A stretch of 64,000 nucleotides of DNA from the human T2T-CHM13v2.0 reference genome, Homo sapiens: the NCBI RefSeq assembly GCF_009914755.1, contig NC_060928.1, one strand, 5' to 3'. Positions 1-13,190 of the stretch are shown here, piece after piece (the stretch's first letter is position 1; every line of letters starts with the position of its first letter). The translations under genes were made by a program, and so were the position numbers. The notes below the pieces were generated by a model. That model saw nothing but the letters and a program-made list of their open reading frames with translations. It did no database searches and was not told the DNA's origin.

Positions 1-293
1 GGATGAAGCTGGAAACCATCATTCTCAGCAAACTAACAAAAGGACAGAAAATCAAACACTGAATGTTCTCGCTCATAAGTGGGAATTGAACAATGAGAAC
101 ACATGGACACAGGGCAGGGAGCATCACACACTGGGGCCTGTCAGGGGGAGGGAGGAGTGGGGAGGGATAGCATTAGGAGAAATACCTAATGTAAATGACA
201 AGTTGATGGGTGCAGCAAACCAACATGGCACATGTATACCTATGTAACAAGCCTGCACGTTGTGTACATGTACCCTAGAACTTAAAGTATATA
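1..293 (+). mobile_element. L1PA (approximately PA7-PA8 type) 3' end: ORF2 C-terminus and 3' UTR, cut by the window start
   Basis: ATGAAGCTGGAAACCATCATTCTCAGCAAACTAAC encodes the ORF2 end MKLETIILSKL, followed by a premature TGA. G-rich 3' UTR ends in the typical CCCTAGAACTTAAAGTAT. Confidence 0.95.
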
Positions 294-294
294 A

Positions 295-317
295 ACACAC
301 ACACACACACACACACA
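295..317 (+). repeat. (AC)n microsatellite at the position of the L1 tail
   Basis: Direct reading. Confidence 0.95.
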
Positions 318-704
318 ATTTTTTTCAACGGCTTAAAATAACAAAGTTTATTCCTCACTCTTACTATAAGTCCATCAAAGAACTGCTGGTTCTTCTGTTT
401 TCAAACCATAATTGTTCTTATAGAATCCAAGCTCAAAGAGTATCTAGTGTCACAAGAGAAAAATTCTTACTTTCCTTAAATTATACCATAGTATCATTGC
501 CATATTTGTTTTGCTATTACGCTAAATTTTTTGAATGTCATATAACTTCCTGTCATATATCTTCATTTCCCCTTCTCTTCAATCCATTTTAATCAGGTTT
601 CTCTTCCTATCATTCCAATAAAATGTTGCTTATCACAGTCAACAATACATTTCTTTTGAAATTTCAATAATTTATATTTTATCCTCACCTACTTGAACTC
701 TTAT

Positions 705-1204
705 AGGTTATGGAATGTTCCATGTAGCCTTGCAATGTCTCACCTCAGTTATGAGTCATGTTTTCTTTAACTCGTTTGCCTAAAGAACCCATGTGTCTGC
801 AAACTCAGAGTCCCGCAACATTGGGATTTAATATCTCAGGGTCCACCACCAAAAAAGTAAAGATGGAAATGGTGAATAAATGCCCTAATTTCTCATATTT
901 TAGATGAACTATTCTTAAGACCATTCTGGATGATACACAGGATTCAAATTTAGTTAAACTTTCATTATCTACATTATGACACAGTATTCATATCTACCTT
1001 ATGACATAGTATTCATTATATAGGTAATGAAGTTTTAACTAAATTTGAACCCTGTTGAGTAATTAGTGCACATGTTACTGGCTTTTTCGAAGTCTCCATT
1101 TCACTCTTCCTATTACCTCATTCGATAATACTTCTAGGTTATTCCTTATGAAATAATTATTCCCAAACCCATAGCTCAGGAACTGAGTAATGCAAATGAA
1201 AACA
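705..1204 (+). mobile_element. LTR16-family (ERVL) LTR, degraded
   Basis: GGTGAATAAATGCCC and the 3' end ...CCCAAACCCATAGCTCAGG...AAAACA resemble LTR16, and HERV16-like internal sequence follows directly. Confidence 0.6.
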
Positions 1205-1680
1205 ATTGATATTAACAGTGACCACAGGAAATAGACACTCAGAATGGCACTCTGAACCTGGATCTTTCGTTCATCAGATGGGAGCAAGGGCTGATTGTCA
1301 TTGACATGGCTAGAACTCCTAGCATGCTGCAGCATCACTTGCAGCAGGAATGCGCTATAGGTGGAAAGGAAAGCATTGGCTTATGCAGAAGCTCTAGTAC
1401 TTGAATGATATGGGGACAAAATTAAGGATTGTGAAGAAATGACTAAGCTAATTTATAATTTTTGAAAAGAGAGAATGCTCAAGTTAGCCAACTATTACCC
1501 ACAACATGTTTTCAAACTTGGAAGGTTTGAATGGAAATGTATAAAGATATCTTCATCTCCTCCAGCTATACCACAAAGTGCTGAAAATCAGGCATGAACA
1601 ATTATGAGAATGGCAGAGTTGCAAACGGAACTGAATTGTTAAGTCTTAAGTGCCAATCTATAAAATAAGACCTCTGAAAG
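1205..1680 (+). mobile_element. HERV16-like internal 5' fragment
   Basis: CAGGAAATAGACACTCAGAATGGCACTCTGAACCTGGATC matches the recalled start of HERV16-int. Confidence 0.6.
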
Positions 1681-1699
1681 TTGGATATTTAAATTAGTT

Positions 1700-1790
1700 T
1701 TACAACGTGTATGTATAGAAAGTAATAAAGCCATGTAATTAAATATGTACAATTTTTAATTGTCAACTATATCTCAATAAAGTTGGAAAA
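1700..1790 (+). mobile_element. Old L1M 3'-terminal fragment
   Basis: TATGTACAATTTTTAATTGTCAACTATATCTCAATAAAGTTGGAAAA. Confidence 0.6.
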
Positions 1791-2159
1791 ATTAGATTTG
1801 GGTGGTTTATGTAACATTGTGTCTATATTTCAATTTTTAGATTAGCATCAAGTGAAGCTACAACTACGCAGGGACCCATTTGTAATATTGAGGCCATGTT
1901 TGATAATGATTGATGATTGATGATGGTAGTTGTAGTTAAGAGGAAAGGCTAACATTTATTGAAAGAGGATACGTGTCATATTTTTTCTACTGAGTATGCA
2001 AGAGGAGCTTATTTTAATACACTTCATGGATGGAAACATAAAGCAAAGACTCATTACAATTTTTGTCCCAAAACTAAACAATTTAGAAAAATTGGAGCCA
2101 AGATTTTTACCTAGGTATGTTTGTTCCACTGCATCGTCTATTAAAAAATTATTTGTGTA

Positions 2160-2472
<313 letters not shown>

Positions 2473-3699
2473 TTATTTGTGTCACGTAAATGAGCTCGGA
2501 CTTTGCCTTAAGAACTTTTGGAGCCCTACTGGAAAATTGCAACAGCCTCGATTTAGGAGTTTGGAATTTATTTTAGTATTGAGAAAGAGAATATTGTCCT
2601 GTTTTGAATATTTACGTGAATATTAATGTGAAGATGGAGAAAAGTAGACATATAGCAGTGAGGCTTATGAATAGAAATTATAGTTCTTCAAGATTGATTG
2701 GATATGGAATAAGATGTAATCAGGTATAATATTCACAGTATTCAAAAACCAACACAGCATTAAGTACCAATCAATCAGATTGAATGTCAGATCAATCAGA
2801 ATAGACAAAAGCAGTTTTACAGTACCAGTCTATCCTGGCTCATTATCAACTTATATAAAAGAAAGAGACAGGAAGTGTGTAGTTCATGCTTCTGACTTAA
2901 ATGAGTGGGTGGACGGTAATCTAGTCTTTGTGACTGGGGCATACTTTTGTACTGAATTATAATGTGGGTTTATTTCTTTCACAAAGTAGTTTCTTTGTCT
3001 TTGCCATTTGGAAAAAAGAAAATAGCAACAATTTCTTATAGATTTATCAAGAATATAAAATAAAATACGGCATTTCTATCAATTGCCTAGAAAAATGTAT
3101 TGTAAGTGCTTATTATTTGAAGAGCTTTATTTTATGCAGAAAAAGTGTATTTAAAATAATAATGTTCTTTTAAATTTTTTATAGATTGTACTCTGGAATA
3201 TATTTACCAGGGATTAAATAGAGAAATTTATTTAGAACAAAGGCATGTATTAATAGTAATACATATTAAAATAGATGTGACTTCAATGTCCAAATATAGA
3301 ATATTTTAACAAATTATTATAAATTAATATAATGCTATATAAACACACATATTGCTGGAAATATAAAATATATGTGTCCACACCAAAAAATATATATATT
3401 CATTTCATAGCTATTAGTGGATGCACTTATTATCTTGCAGTTTTTCTTAATCCAGCTTTCTCTCCTCAGCAGAGTATCTAAATTTGATATCGACAGGAGA
3501 TCACAAAAGAGCGATGGAAATGCAAGGAAAATTAATACTGCACAACTTTTTGGGATTTTTTAACTTCAAATTTTACTTTAGAACACTAATAAAATAAAAG
3601 TGTGCATAAGAAACCAGAGAAACATACCTTTTTATGGAATAAAAAATTGATATAACTTATTTCAGGATAGTTGATCTATAAAAATAAAAATTTAAATGT

Positions 3700-3980
3700 A
3701 CATACATGTATTTTTAAATGTGCTCAAAGAAGCACATCGACAGACACCCATTGCATTATTATTTTTAATAGTATACAATATTAAAATCAACTTAAGTATA
3801 CACGGGTAGATAACAAGTAATATAAATTTTGTATGTTTCGGTATAAATACAAAATAAAATACAAACCAGCAGTTGAAATGAACGAGTTAAATACAATTGC
3901 TGACCTGCGGAGATGTTCACAATATATTGTTAAGTGACAAAAGGAATATTTTAAATATTATATAATGTGAATAATTCCTT
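3700..3980 (+). mobile_element. Old L1ME-like fragment
   Basis: Degenerate L1 3' motifs such as TTCACAATATATTGTTAAGTGACAAAAG. Confidence 0.45.
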
Positions 3981-5327
3981 TAGTGTAGCTGAGAAATAAA
4001 TTCTATTCTTAGGACTCCAAGGCTGCTCTGTGTGTCACTATACTCCATTGCCTTCTAGCCATATTAACAAAATTAGCATAAATATAACCCTTGTGCCTTA
4101 GATTCTCCTGATACTAAGAACCCCTGATTAATTTAGGATTGGGGCATGGGTGCCTAGCAATATAGATCATCCTTAATTTGACTTGAGCTTCTGCCCAATA
4201 CCCTAAAGAATAAGATAAACCAACAGACTTATTTGTTTACCTTGGCAAATGCATCCATAAGCACTTATAAAGGAATGCTTATAACAAAATTTAACTTCCT
4301 AACTACAGGAAGGCAATATAACTAAATATTATACTTATAATGGAATATTATGACAATCTTTTAAATAATTAGATGTGTAGGAAAACACTGGAGAAGGAAA
4401 GGGGAAAGGAACAATGAAAGAAGGGAAAAAACAGATCAAGGGGGAGGTAAGGAAGGATGACTAATTTTAGTTTTTATTCTTCAGTATATGATTCTCACAT
4501 GCCTTTTCTAATTTATCCCACAGCCACACTTTTTAAAAAACACGCTATAAGCCAATTAACTGAATTCCTCTCACATTTTCTGTTTCCATGACTTTGTTCT
4601 TGTTGTACCCTTTGTAGAAATGTCCTTTCCCAAATTTCTGAATGTGTGTATCTTACCTGACCTTGAAGAGCAACTCAATGGCCACCCATTTCACAAAGCC
4701 ATTCATGATCAATCTCTATCTCAACCAAACCCTCACTGTACAAATTCTGAGTATACACAATCATACTTTATCTGATCCATTTAATAATGTCTAAACTGTT
4801 CCATAGGGGCTGGTGAATGAGTTGTTATTTTTCTTGGCATCTAAATAAATAAGATTTTTCAATATTCATTCTAGGGATATTAATATTATTTTCCTTCGAC
4901 TGTATGTTTTTGCCTTTAAAATTTTATTTTATTTGAAATATCTGATTTGTATTTACAGTTTTAATGAATTGCCCCAAAATTCATCTATTTTCTAAGTTAT
5001 CACAAAGCTGTACCTAAGCAAAGTTTAATTTTTGCTTATTGAAACAGTATTTTTTAGTATTGTTCATATATATGTGTATGTGTATAAATATCAAATTAAT
5101 CTTTTGTTAGCAATACGATCATCACTGATTGAAAGATGTTTCACACAAAATTTTAACTTTATCTTATTAATCCCATAAATGTAATAAATCTATACAAGCT
5201 GCTCACTGAATTTCTGCTTTGAGGAATTCTAAAGGTTTAATATAGGCAAAATAAAGATTATCTTGTACATTATGACAGAAAATGGGTTCAAAGTTTGCCT
5301 CTAAATGCAAAACAGTTTTACCTAATT

Positions 5328-5415
5328 TATATATGTATATGTGTGTATATATGTATATATAGATGTGTGAGTAATATATATGTATATATGTGGAATGTGT
5401 TTGTATGTATATATA
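5328..5415. repeat. Imperfect (TA)/(TG) low-complexity repeat
   Basis: Direct reading. Confidence 0.8.
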
Positions 5416-5609
5416 CTACTAGAAAATAAAATGAGATTTCTGCTGGCTTCACTTTGTGTATTTTAAAGAACTATTTTTCCTGAGGCACTGGAATATAGGA
5501 TCTATATTGTAGATTGTTAGGAGATTTGCCCTATTTTTTGTTTCATTTTATTACTATCTAGCAACATTTGGTTACTATTGCCAACACCCCCTTCACAAAC
5601 GTCATAGCT

Positions 5610-6140
5610 ACCCTAATAGTTCCCATCACACCAAATGGCACTCCCGTGCACTCCGTGCAAGGCCTGCAGCATCTGACCCTTTCTTTTTCTAAGCTTATTT
5701 TTAAACTATTTTTTATGTTCTATGTCACTATGCTTTAACCACACTAATCTTCCTTTCACTTGAACCTGAAAATCTCCTTTTCAGGAGGTATATTAAATGA
5801 TTTGCACTTGTTGTGTGTATTTTATGATGCTTTACTCCAAATGAAACATTAAACTTCCTTCTTTGCTCTATGACTCAACCATGACTTCTATAGAAAGGGT
5901 TTTCCTGGAGACCGTATCTGATAATCCTCACCCTTTAGGTCATTCTTATTCCTTTTTCTAACGAGTACTGTTTATTTTCTTTGTAGGTCTTACCACTGAA
6001 ATAACACTGGTTGCTTATTTAAATATCTTTCAGCTTCATCACAATGCAAGATCCTTTTAAATAGAGGTGTATATTGTTTATTGTTGAAATTCCAGTGTCT
6101 AGAATAGAGTCTAGTATAGAGTAGCTGTACAATAAAAAAG
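5610..6140 (+). mobile_element. L2 3' fragment
   Basis: Ends in an L2-type terminus TTCCAGTGTCTAGAATAGAGTCTAGTATAGAGTAG...CAATAAA. Confidence 0.65.
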
Positions 6141-7148
6141 TTAATGTCTAAAGCTATATATACCTATATATGGAAAAGTTGTAGTGTTTTGGGTATTATT
6201 GATGAGGGTGAGGAGCTGTTGTGATGCAGAAATTGGAACAGTTCCACATGTCAAATTATGTTTTTTAAGGTATAATACTATTTCTTACTTTAAATCTTAG
6301 ATTACCCTATTCTAAAGATAGCACAATTAGTTTTAGATTGTTATACACAGAAATACTTAGATATAAGGAGAGCAATATAATTGTTTCAGTAAATAATACT
6401 ACCACTTTTGCTGCTTATTGAGAACTATCTACTGTAGTTTGCACAGCTTTTGCGTAGATGATAGTGAAGGGCACCACCATTTGGATTATTCCACAGACAA
6501 AGGAAAACATAGTTACTGCTCTGTAATGATGGAGCAGCTTCTGGAGAAGACTAATCATTGCTAGTTATTGCAGCTTTTCCAACTTGAATAGGAACCCTGA
6601 AAGAAAAATGGGGAAAGTGAGAGAGCAAGAGAGAACAAATTACTTGTAAAGAATTCTAAATCTGAAATATCTGATTTCAAACAGGAGTGTGGTTGTGAAA
6701 AACAAGACATAGACATAATGTAGAAACAGGTGAATATTTACTACTTATTCTTTTCTTTATCAGAGGATATCTATCTTCATGTATCTATGAAGACACACAA
6801 AAAAAGAAATTTAACTAAAAAATCATGTCTCTTTATTTCATCATAGCACACAAAGCAGAGGAGGGAAACATAGGCCCTGCAATGAAAATTATGTGCTATA
6901 CTACTGCCAGCTGTCTTGAGTGGCTTGCCCAGTTTTTGAGTGCTTAAAAGAAAGTTGTAAACAACATGTCACCTGCTTATTCACATGGGACTTCGATGTT
7001 GGAACACAGTATCTGTTTTGGCATGAATGAAATTCACAGGTTTACTTCATTAAGCTCCTATGGGAAGTTAAGCTACTAAAATTATTATTTTGATCTTTGT
7101 TGTATAATTTTTAAAATAAGAGCATGAGAAATACAGTGAATAAATGTA

Positions 7149-7407
7149 CAGTTAATCCTTTGTATTTGTGGGGTCCACACCCACATTTTCAACCAACAGC
7201 AGATAAAAAATATTTGAAGAAATTGTACTTAATACGTACAGGCTTTTTTTCTTGTCATTATTTCCTAAACAATACAGTATAATTATTGACACAGCTGTGC
7301 ATATGTGCAAATTATACCATTTTATATAAAGAGCTTGAGTATACTCAAATTTTGGTATATAAAGGAGATCCTGCAAAAAATTATCCAAGAATACTGAAGG
7401 ATGAATA
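7149..7407. mobile_element. MER2 (Tigger-derived non-autonomous DNA transposon), internally shortened
   Basis: TA|CAGTTAATCCTTTGTATTTGTGG start, CTTGTCATTATTTCCTAAACAATACAGTATAA core, GAATACTGAAGGATGA end. Confidence 0.85.
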
Positions 7408-8534
7408 TGTTTCACTTATAACAAAAATTCCTGTATTTAAGTCCCTTCTGAGCACATGTAGCTTGTACAGATACCAACAGATAAAATATTGTCTAATGTG
7501 TCTAATGTGTCCATTAAGATGGTTATAACAACCATGTTGCAAATAGATGAAATATTTTGTTAATCAGAATAACTATCACTGAATAAATAAATTTGGTTCC
7601 TATAATATTAACTTAAATAAGTATTATTTTTGAATTGACTGGATACCTTTTTAGAAATATTATTTTTCCCTTTCATACTATTATCTATGAAGAATATTTG
7701 TCCACATACTACTCTAATACATCTTCTTCAGGTGGAATTTTCTAAGAAGTTAAAAACACAAATCTAATCATACAGACTAGTTTGCACTGTTCCTACTTAG
7801 CAAATATTAACTATAACTATTAAATCTGTAGATTGCCAGCAAATTTTCAGTAAGTCATTTAATTCTAATAGCAGTAAGATAAATGATAACATTTCTTTTA
7901 AATTTTGAGGTTTTCCTTTTTATTCCCCTCAATGACTAAAACATTTCTTTTTAAAAAAGCCAAGAGGAAATAAAGTACACTTATGGTCCAGGCTTCTGTT
8001 CTTTAAATTGCATTTGTTTTAAAGAAAAATGCTTATGGGGCACATTTCGGTTACATGTGGCATCAGTGTTAATGACATCGATATTTTATAACAGCTCAGG
8101 TTTAAGATGAAAATAACAGCTATTAACTTAGTTTGAAAATATAAATTTCAAACATTTTTCTTGCAGCTTGTCAATAACACCCCAAAGCATATACATACCA
8201 AAAAACTAAGAGATATCTGTAAAGTCCATTTTCTTTATTTGGTTCACACAGTCAATAAACAATTCCTGTTGATTATGTGTCAAAAATATATAAGACACAT
8301 AGATGTCTCTGCTTTTTGGTTGTCATATATCTTACCAGCCTGGGCTCTCACAACAGCATTCTAACATGTTTCTCCTTTCCCTCTCATGACTTTCATTTAT
8401 TTTCCAAATACACTAGCCGTATAAAAATAAATTGTGAAATATTATCTAGGACAGTTTGCATAAGTTTGGAATTCTGTTTCTTTATAGTTGTATAGAAAAT
8501 ACCTGTAAAATATGTACATATTCAATTCCTTTAT

Positions 8535-10400
8535 TTTTTCTAATAATTTATTGATGTAAAATCATGTAACATAAAAATAACTACTTTAAAATAAACAATT
8601 ATGTGGCATTTAGTACATTCACAATGTCATACAACTAACTACTATCTATTTCCAGGCTATGTCAAGTACAGCAAAGTAAAACCCTTTAACATTTAAAGAG
8701 CTAGTTTTTTGTTGTTGTTGTTTTTGTTTTTGTTTTACCTCCCTCTGCCCCCAGCATCAGGCAATCACCAACTGGAGTTCTGTCACCATGGATTTTCTGG
8801 ATATTTCATAAATGGAATCATGGAATACGTGACTTTTTGTGTCTTGCTTATTTCACTTAAGAATAATGTTTTAGAAACTCATTTATGCTGTAACATGTAT
8901 CAGTATTTTATTTCTTCATTCATTATGGCTAAGTGATATTCTATTGTATGTATATTCCACAGTTGTTTTTTTCCACTCAACCACTGATAGACATTTAGGC
9001 TGTTGTTAGCTTTTGGCTGTTGTAAATAGTGCTACTGTGAACATGGGTACACAAATATTTCAAGTGGCTGCTTTCAATTTATTTAGACATATACTTGGAA
9101 ATGGGATTGCTGGATGATATGGTAGTTCTATTTTAATTTTTTGAGATAGCTCCATCCTGTTTTTTATACAGACTGCCCCATTTTACATTCTTGCCAACAG
9201 TGCACAAGTTTTCCAATTTCTTTACATCCTCACCAATTCTTATTATGTGTTTTTTAGTTTTGAGGTGGGGTGGAGGTTGGTTGTTGCTTTCATTAAATAC
9301 TAGCCATCCTGACGGTTGTGAGGTTTGGATTTCATGGTTTTTATTTGTATTTCTCTAATAATTAGTAATGATGAACATCTTTCCATATATTTGTTGGCCA
9401 TATATATGTATCTTTGGAGAAATGTCTATTTGAGTCCTTTGTTAATTTTTAAAATTCAGGTTATGTGATGTTTTGTTATTGAGTTTTAAGAGTTCTTTAA
9501 ATATTCTACACATTGAAACCCGTATTCCCATTATAAATACATGATTTAAAAATTTCTTTCTCATTCTCTAGGTTGATAATTCATTCCACTGATTGTATTT
9601 TTTGATGAATAAAAGTTTGTAATTTTCATGAAGTTCCAGTTGTCTATGTTTTTTTTGTTGCCTATGCTTTTGGTTTTTTATCACTGCCAACTAAAATATT
9701 ACAAAGTTTTTCCCTATGGCTTTATCTAGGAGGTTTTTTTTTTTTTATAGTTTTAAGCCTTATGTTTAGGTCTTTAATCCATTTTGAAGTAATTTTTGTA
9801 TATGCTATAATATCTGTAAGATAAAGGTCAAACTTTATTTTTTGGTATATGGATATCCATTTTTTCCCAGCACCATTTATTGAAGGGATTGTCATTTCCC
9901 CATTGGGTGGTAATTTTTTTTTAAGGCCTTTTTATCATAAACAAGAGGTTTATTTCTCAGCTTTGTATTTTATTCGATTGTTTAATTTGTCTTTCTTTAG
10001 GCCAAATCATACTGTTGTGATTACTGTATTCTTGTAGTATGTTTTGAAATTAGAAATAGTGAGTCATCCAACCTCTTTTTCAAAATTGTTTGGCTATTCA
10101 AGGTCACTTGAGATTCCATATACATTTTTATATTTCTGAAAAATTGATGGTAAACTGGTAATTTAATAGACATTCATCGAAACTGTAGATCACTTTGGGT
10201 AGTGTGGACATCTTAATTGCTACCTCTTAACAATTTAAATTGTTTTAATCCATGAAGATGGGATGTCTATTTCTACTTATTTGTGTCTTCTTTAACTTTT
10301 TTAACATTCTTTTCTAATTTTCCAGGTACAGATCTTTCAACTCCTTGGTTATGGTTATTCTTAAATATTTTATTCTTTTTCATAATATTTTAAATAAGAG
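8535..10400 (-). mobile_element. L1MB/L1MA 3' ~1.9 kb (3' UTR and ORF2 3' part)
   Basis: Reverse-strand L1 motifs: GTGGCATTTAGTACATTCACAATG, GGGATTGCTGG, TTTCCCAGCACCATTTATTGAAG, GTAGATCACTTTGGGTAGT. Confidence 0.9.
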
Positions 10401-10404
10401 ATTT

Positions 10405-11200
10405 ACAATATTATATTATATATTACATATTATATAATATTACATATAATATAATATAATATTACATAATATAATATTACATATAATATTACATATTATA
10501 TAATATAATATTACATAATATAATATTACATATAACATTACATATAATATAACATTACATATAATATAACAGTACATATTATATAACAGTACATATTATA
10601 TGATATAATAGTACATATTATATGATATAATAGTACATATTATATGATATAATAGTACATATTATATGATATAATAGTACATATTATATGATATAATAGT
10701 ACATATTATATGATATAATAGTACATATTATATGATATAATATGTACTATTATATGATATAATAGTACATATTATATGATATAATAGTACATATTATATG
10801 ATATAATAGTACATATTATATGATATAATAGTACATATTATATGATATAATAGTACATATTATATCATATAATAGTACATATTATATCATATAATAGTAC
10901 ATATTATATCATATAATAGTACATATTATATCATATAATAGTACATATTATATCATATAATAGTACATATTATATCATATAATAGTACATATTATATCAT
11001 ATAATAGTACATATTATATCATATAATAGTACATATTATATCATATAATAGTACATATTATATCATATAATAGTACATATTATATCATATAATAGTACAT
11101 ATTATATCATATAATAGTACATATTATATCATATAATAGTACATATTATATCATATAATAGTACATATTATATCATATAATAGTACATATTATATCATAT
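10405..11200. repeat. AT-rich tandem array: irregular TAATATTACATA-type repeats, then a 22-bp minisatellite TAGTACATATTATAT(G/C)ATATAA, about 28 units
   Basis: 22-bp period read directly: 12 G-type units (G at 10602 to 10844) then 16 C-type units (C at 10866 to 11196). Confidence 0.97.
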
Positions 11201-11286
11201 ATACACACACACACACAAATCCTGGTCACCATAGCAGATATTTTCTAAATGTCAAAAGCTAGGGTAGGAGATGTAGTTTATTACTC

Positions 11287-11599
11287 CTTTGTGTTTTTTT
11301 TTTGTTTGTTTTTGTTTTTGAGACGGAATCTGGCTCTGTCGCCCAGGCTGGAGCAGTGGCGCTATCTGGGCTCACTGTAAGCTCCGCCTCCTGGGTTCAC
11401 ACCATTCTCCTGCCTCAGCCTCACGAGTAGCTGGGACTACAGGTGGCCGCCACCACGCCTGGCTAATTTTTGTGTATTTTTAGTAGAGACAGGGTTTCAC
11501 TTCGTTAGCCAGGATGGTCTCCATCTCCTGACCTCATGATCTGCCTGCCTCGGCCTCCCAAAGCGCTAGGATTACAGGCGTGAGCCACCGCGCCTGGCC
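11287..11599 (-). mobile_element. AluY
   Basis: AAGCTCCGCCTCC, CCATTCTCCTG and TTAGCCAGGATGGTCTC diagnostics. TSD AGTTTATTACTC at 11275-11286 and 11601-11612. Confidence 0.96.
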
Positions 11600-11687
11600 G
11601 AGTTTATTACTCTTACAGAGTAAGAGAATAAGTTTATTATATAATATATTATGTAATATTACCTAATATTGTAAATAAGAGAACTAC

Positions 11688-11905
11688 CAGATGATATTAG
11701 AACACCTTGCTATTCCTGAAGTAAGGAAATACTAAAGAAAAATAACAACAATAGATGCATGTCACAAGGACAAAGGTGCCACTTTAAAGAGGCTTCTCTG
11801 GAAGCCAAATCTGGGATAATATAACCAATGAAAGTGATGAATTATAAACTTTGAAATAAGATGGAAATCTGTGAGTCCACACCTATAACAAATGATAGAT
11901 AGGTA
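11688..11905 (+). mobile_element. L1MC (MC3-MC5 type) 3' UTR fragment
   Basis: GAAGTAAGGAAATACTAAAG, CATGTCACAAGGACA, GCCAAATCTGGGATAAT, GAGTCCACAC. Confidence 0.7.
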
Positions 11906-11922
11906 TATGGATAGATAAAAAG

Positions 11923-12208
11923 TGCTTTAGTCCATTTTCTGCTGCTATAACAGACAACAGAACAATTTACAAACAACAGAAGTTTATTCGGCTCATGGTT
12001 CTGGAGGCTGGGAAGTCTAAGAGTGTGGTGCTGGCATCTGATGAAGACCTTTGTGCTGCATCACGTTATGATAGAAGATGGAGGGGAAAGAAAGTACATA
12101 CAAGAGTGGAGAGAATATGGGCTAAATGTATCCTCTTATCAGGAACTCCCCCACTCTTTAATAACTAATGCATTCCTGAGATAATGGGTAAAGGGTTAAT
12201 GAACATTC
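11923..12208 (-). mobile_element. MaLR LTR (MST/MLT1A type), partial
   Basis: TTAGTCCATTTTCTGCTGCTATAACAGA...GGCTCATGGTTCTGGAGGCTGGGAAGTC. Confidence 0.85.
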
Positions 12209-13157
12209 TTTGTATTAGTCTTACAATTTTTATAAGTTTAAATTTATTGAAAAATAAAAGTAAAAATAGAAAAGTAAATTTTTTATAATTTTTATATTCC
12301 ACAAGTATTTTACAAGAGTTGATCTTTGGTTTTGTTTTGCTTTGCTCTTTTTTTAGGATTTCTTTTAGAAGTAAAATATTTTTATGTTTCACTCTATATT
12401 TATTTTTTAATTTATAGTATAATTTTTTCATAAAATAGGGTATAGAAAAATTATTCTAAAGATGTTTGAGAAAATTTCTCTTACTTTGGCCTTGATTATA
12501 AAGTTTTGTTTTTTTTTAATGATACTCTTTTCTGTTACTAATTCCATAATCTTCCTCTCCAGTTTGTCATAATCAAACCAGATTAATTATGCATTTGTAT
12601 TACTCATCCAATTTTGAGCTAATTAGATTGTAAAGTGCTTGATCTCTTTCATATTTTAATCTCTATTTTTAAAACCTGTGCATAGTTAATGTAGAAACAC
12701 TTACTGATAAATTAAAATTATGACATTGTACAGATTTTTCAGATGCATAAGATACTGTTTCATGTCTTTTGAAATTATCACAAGTTGAAGGATGACAATG
12801 TTAAATCAGGTGCACTTATTACACTTATTTCACCTTCTAACACAATGTTAATGCTTTTATGATGAACATTATTTATACATATACCAAATGTTTCAAGCTG
12901 ATATGTTTGAAAATATAGTCATGGGCAGCCTCTAGTAATGAAAAATGATCTGCATATTCACAAATTAATCCACCTGTGTTTCAATTGGCTCCACTCTTAC
13001 AATACCCTAGCATAGGCTCTGCTATATTCAAATAATAGTCAATTTTTGAATTAATGGATGAGGAAGTATGTTTTAAGCAGCAGAAGGTAAAGATTTCTAC
13101 CATGTTGATCAATTATCCTCAGATCTTTTAGCTTAAGGAAAAAGGAAAGAGAAAAAG

Positions 13158-13159
<2 letters not shown>

Positions 13160-13189
<30 letters not shown>
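13160..13189 (+). repeat. (CA)n microsatellite
   Basis: Direct reading. Confidence 0.95.

Positions 13190-13190
<1 letters not shown>

Noticed and set aside
10588-11200. CRISPR-like regular array
   Set aside because: Head-to-tail units with no unique spacers, eukaryotic context and no cas genes
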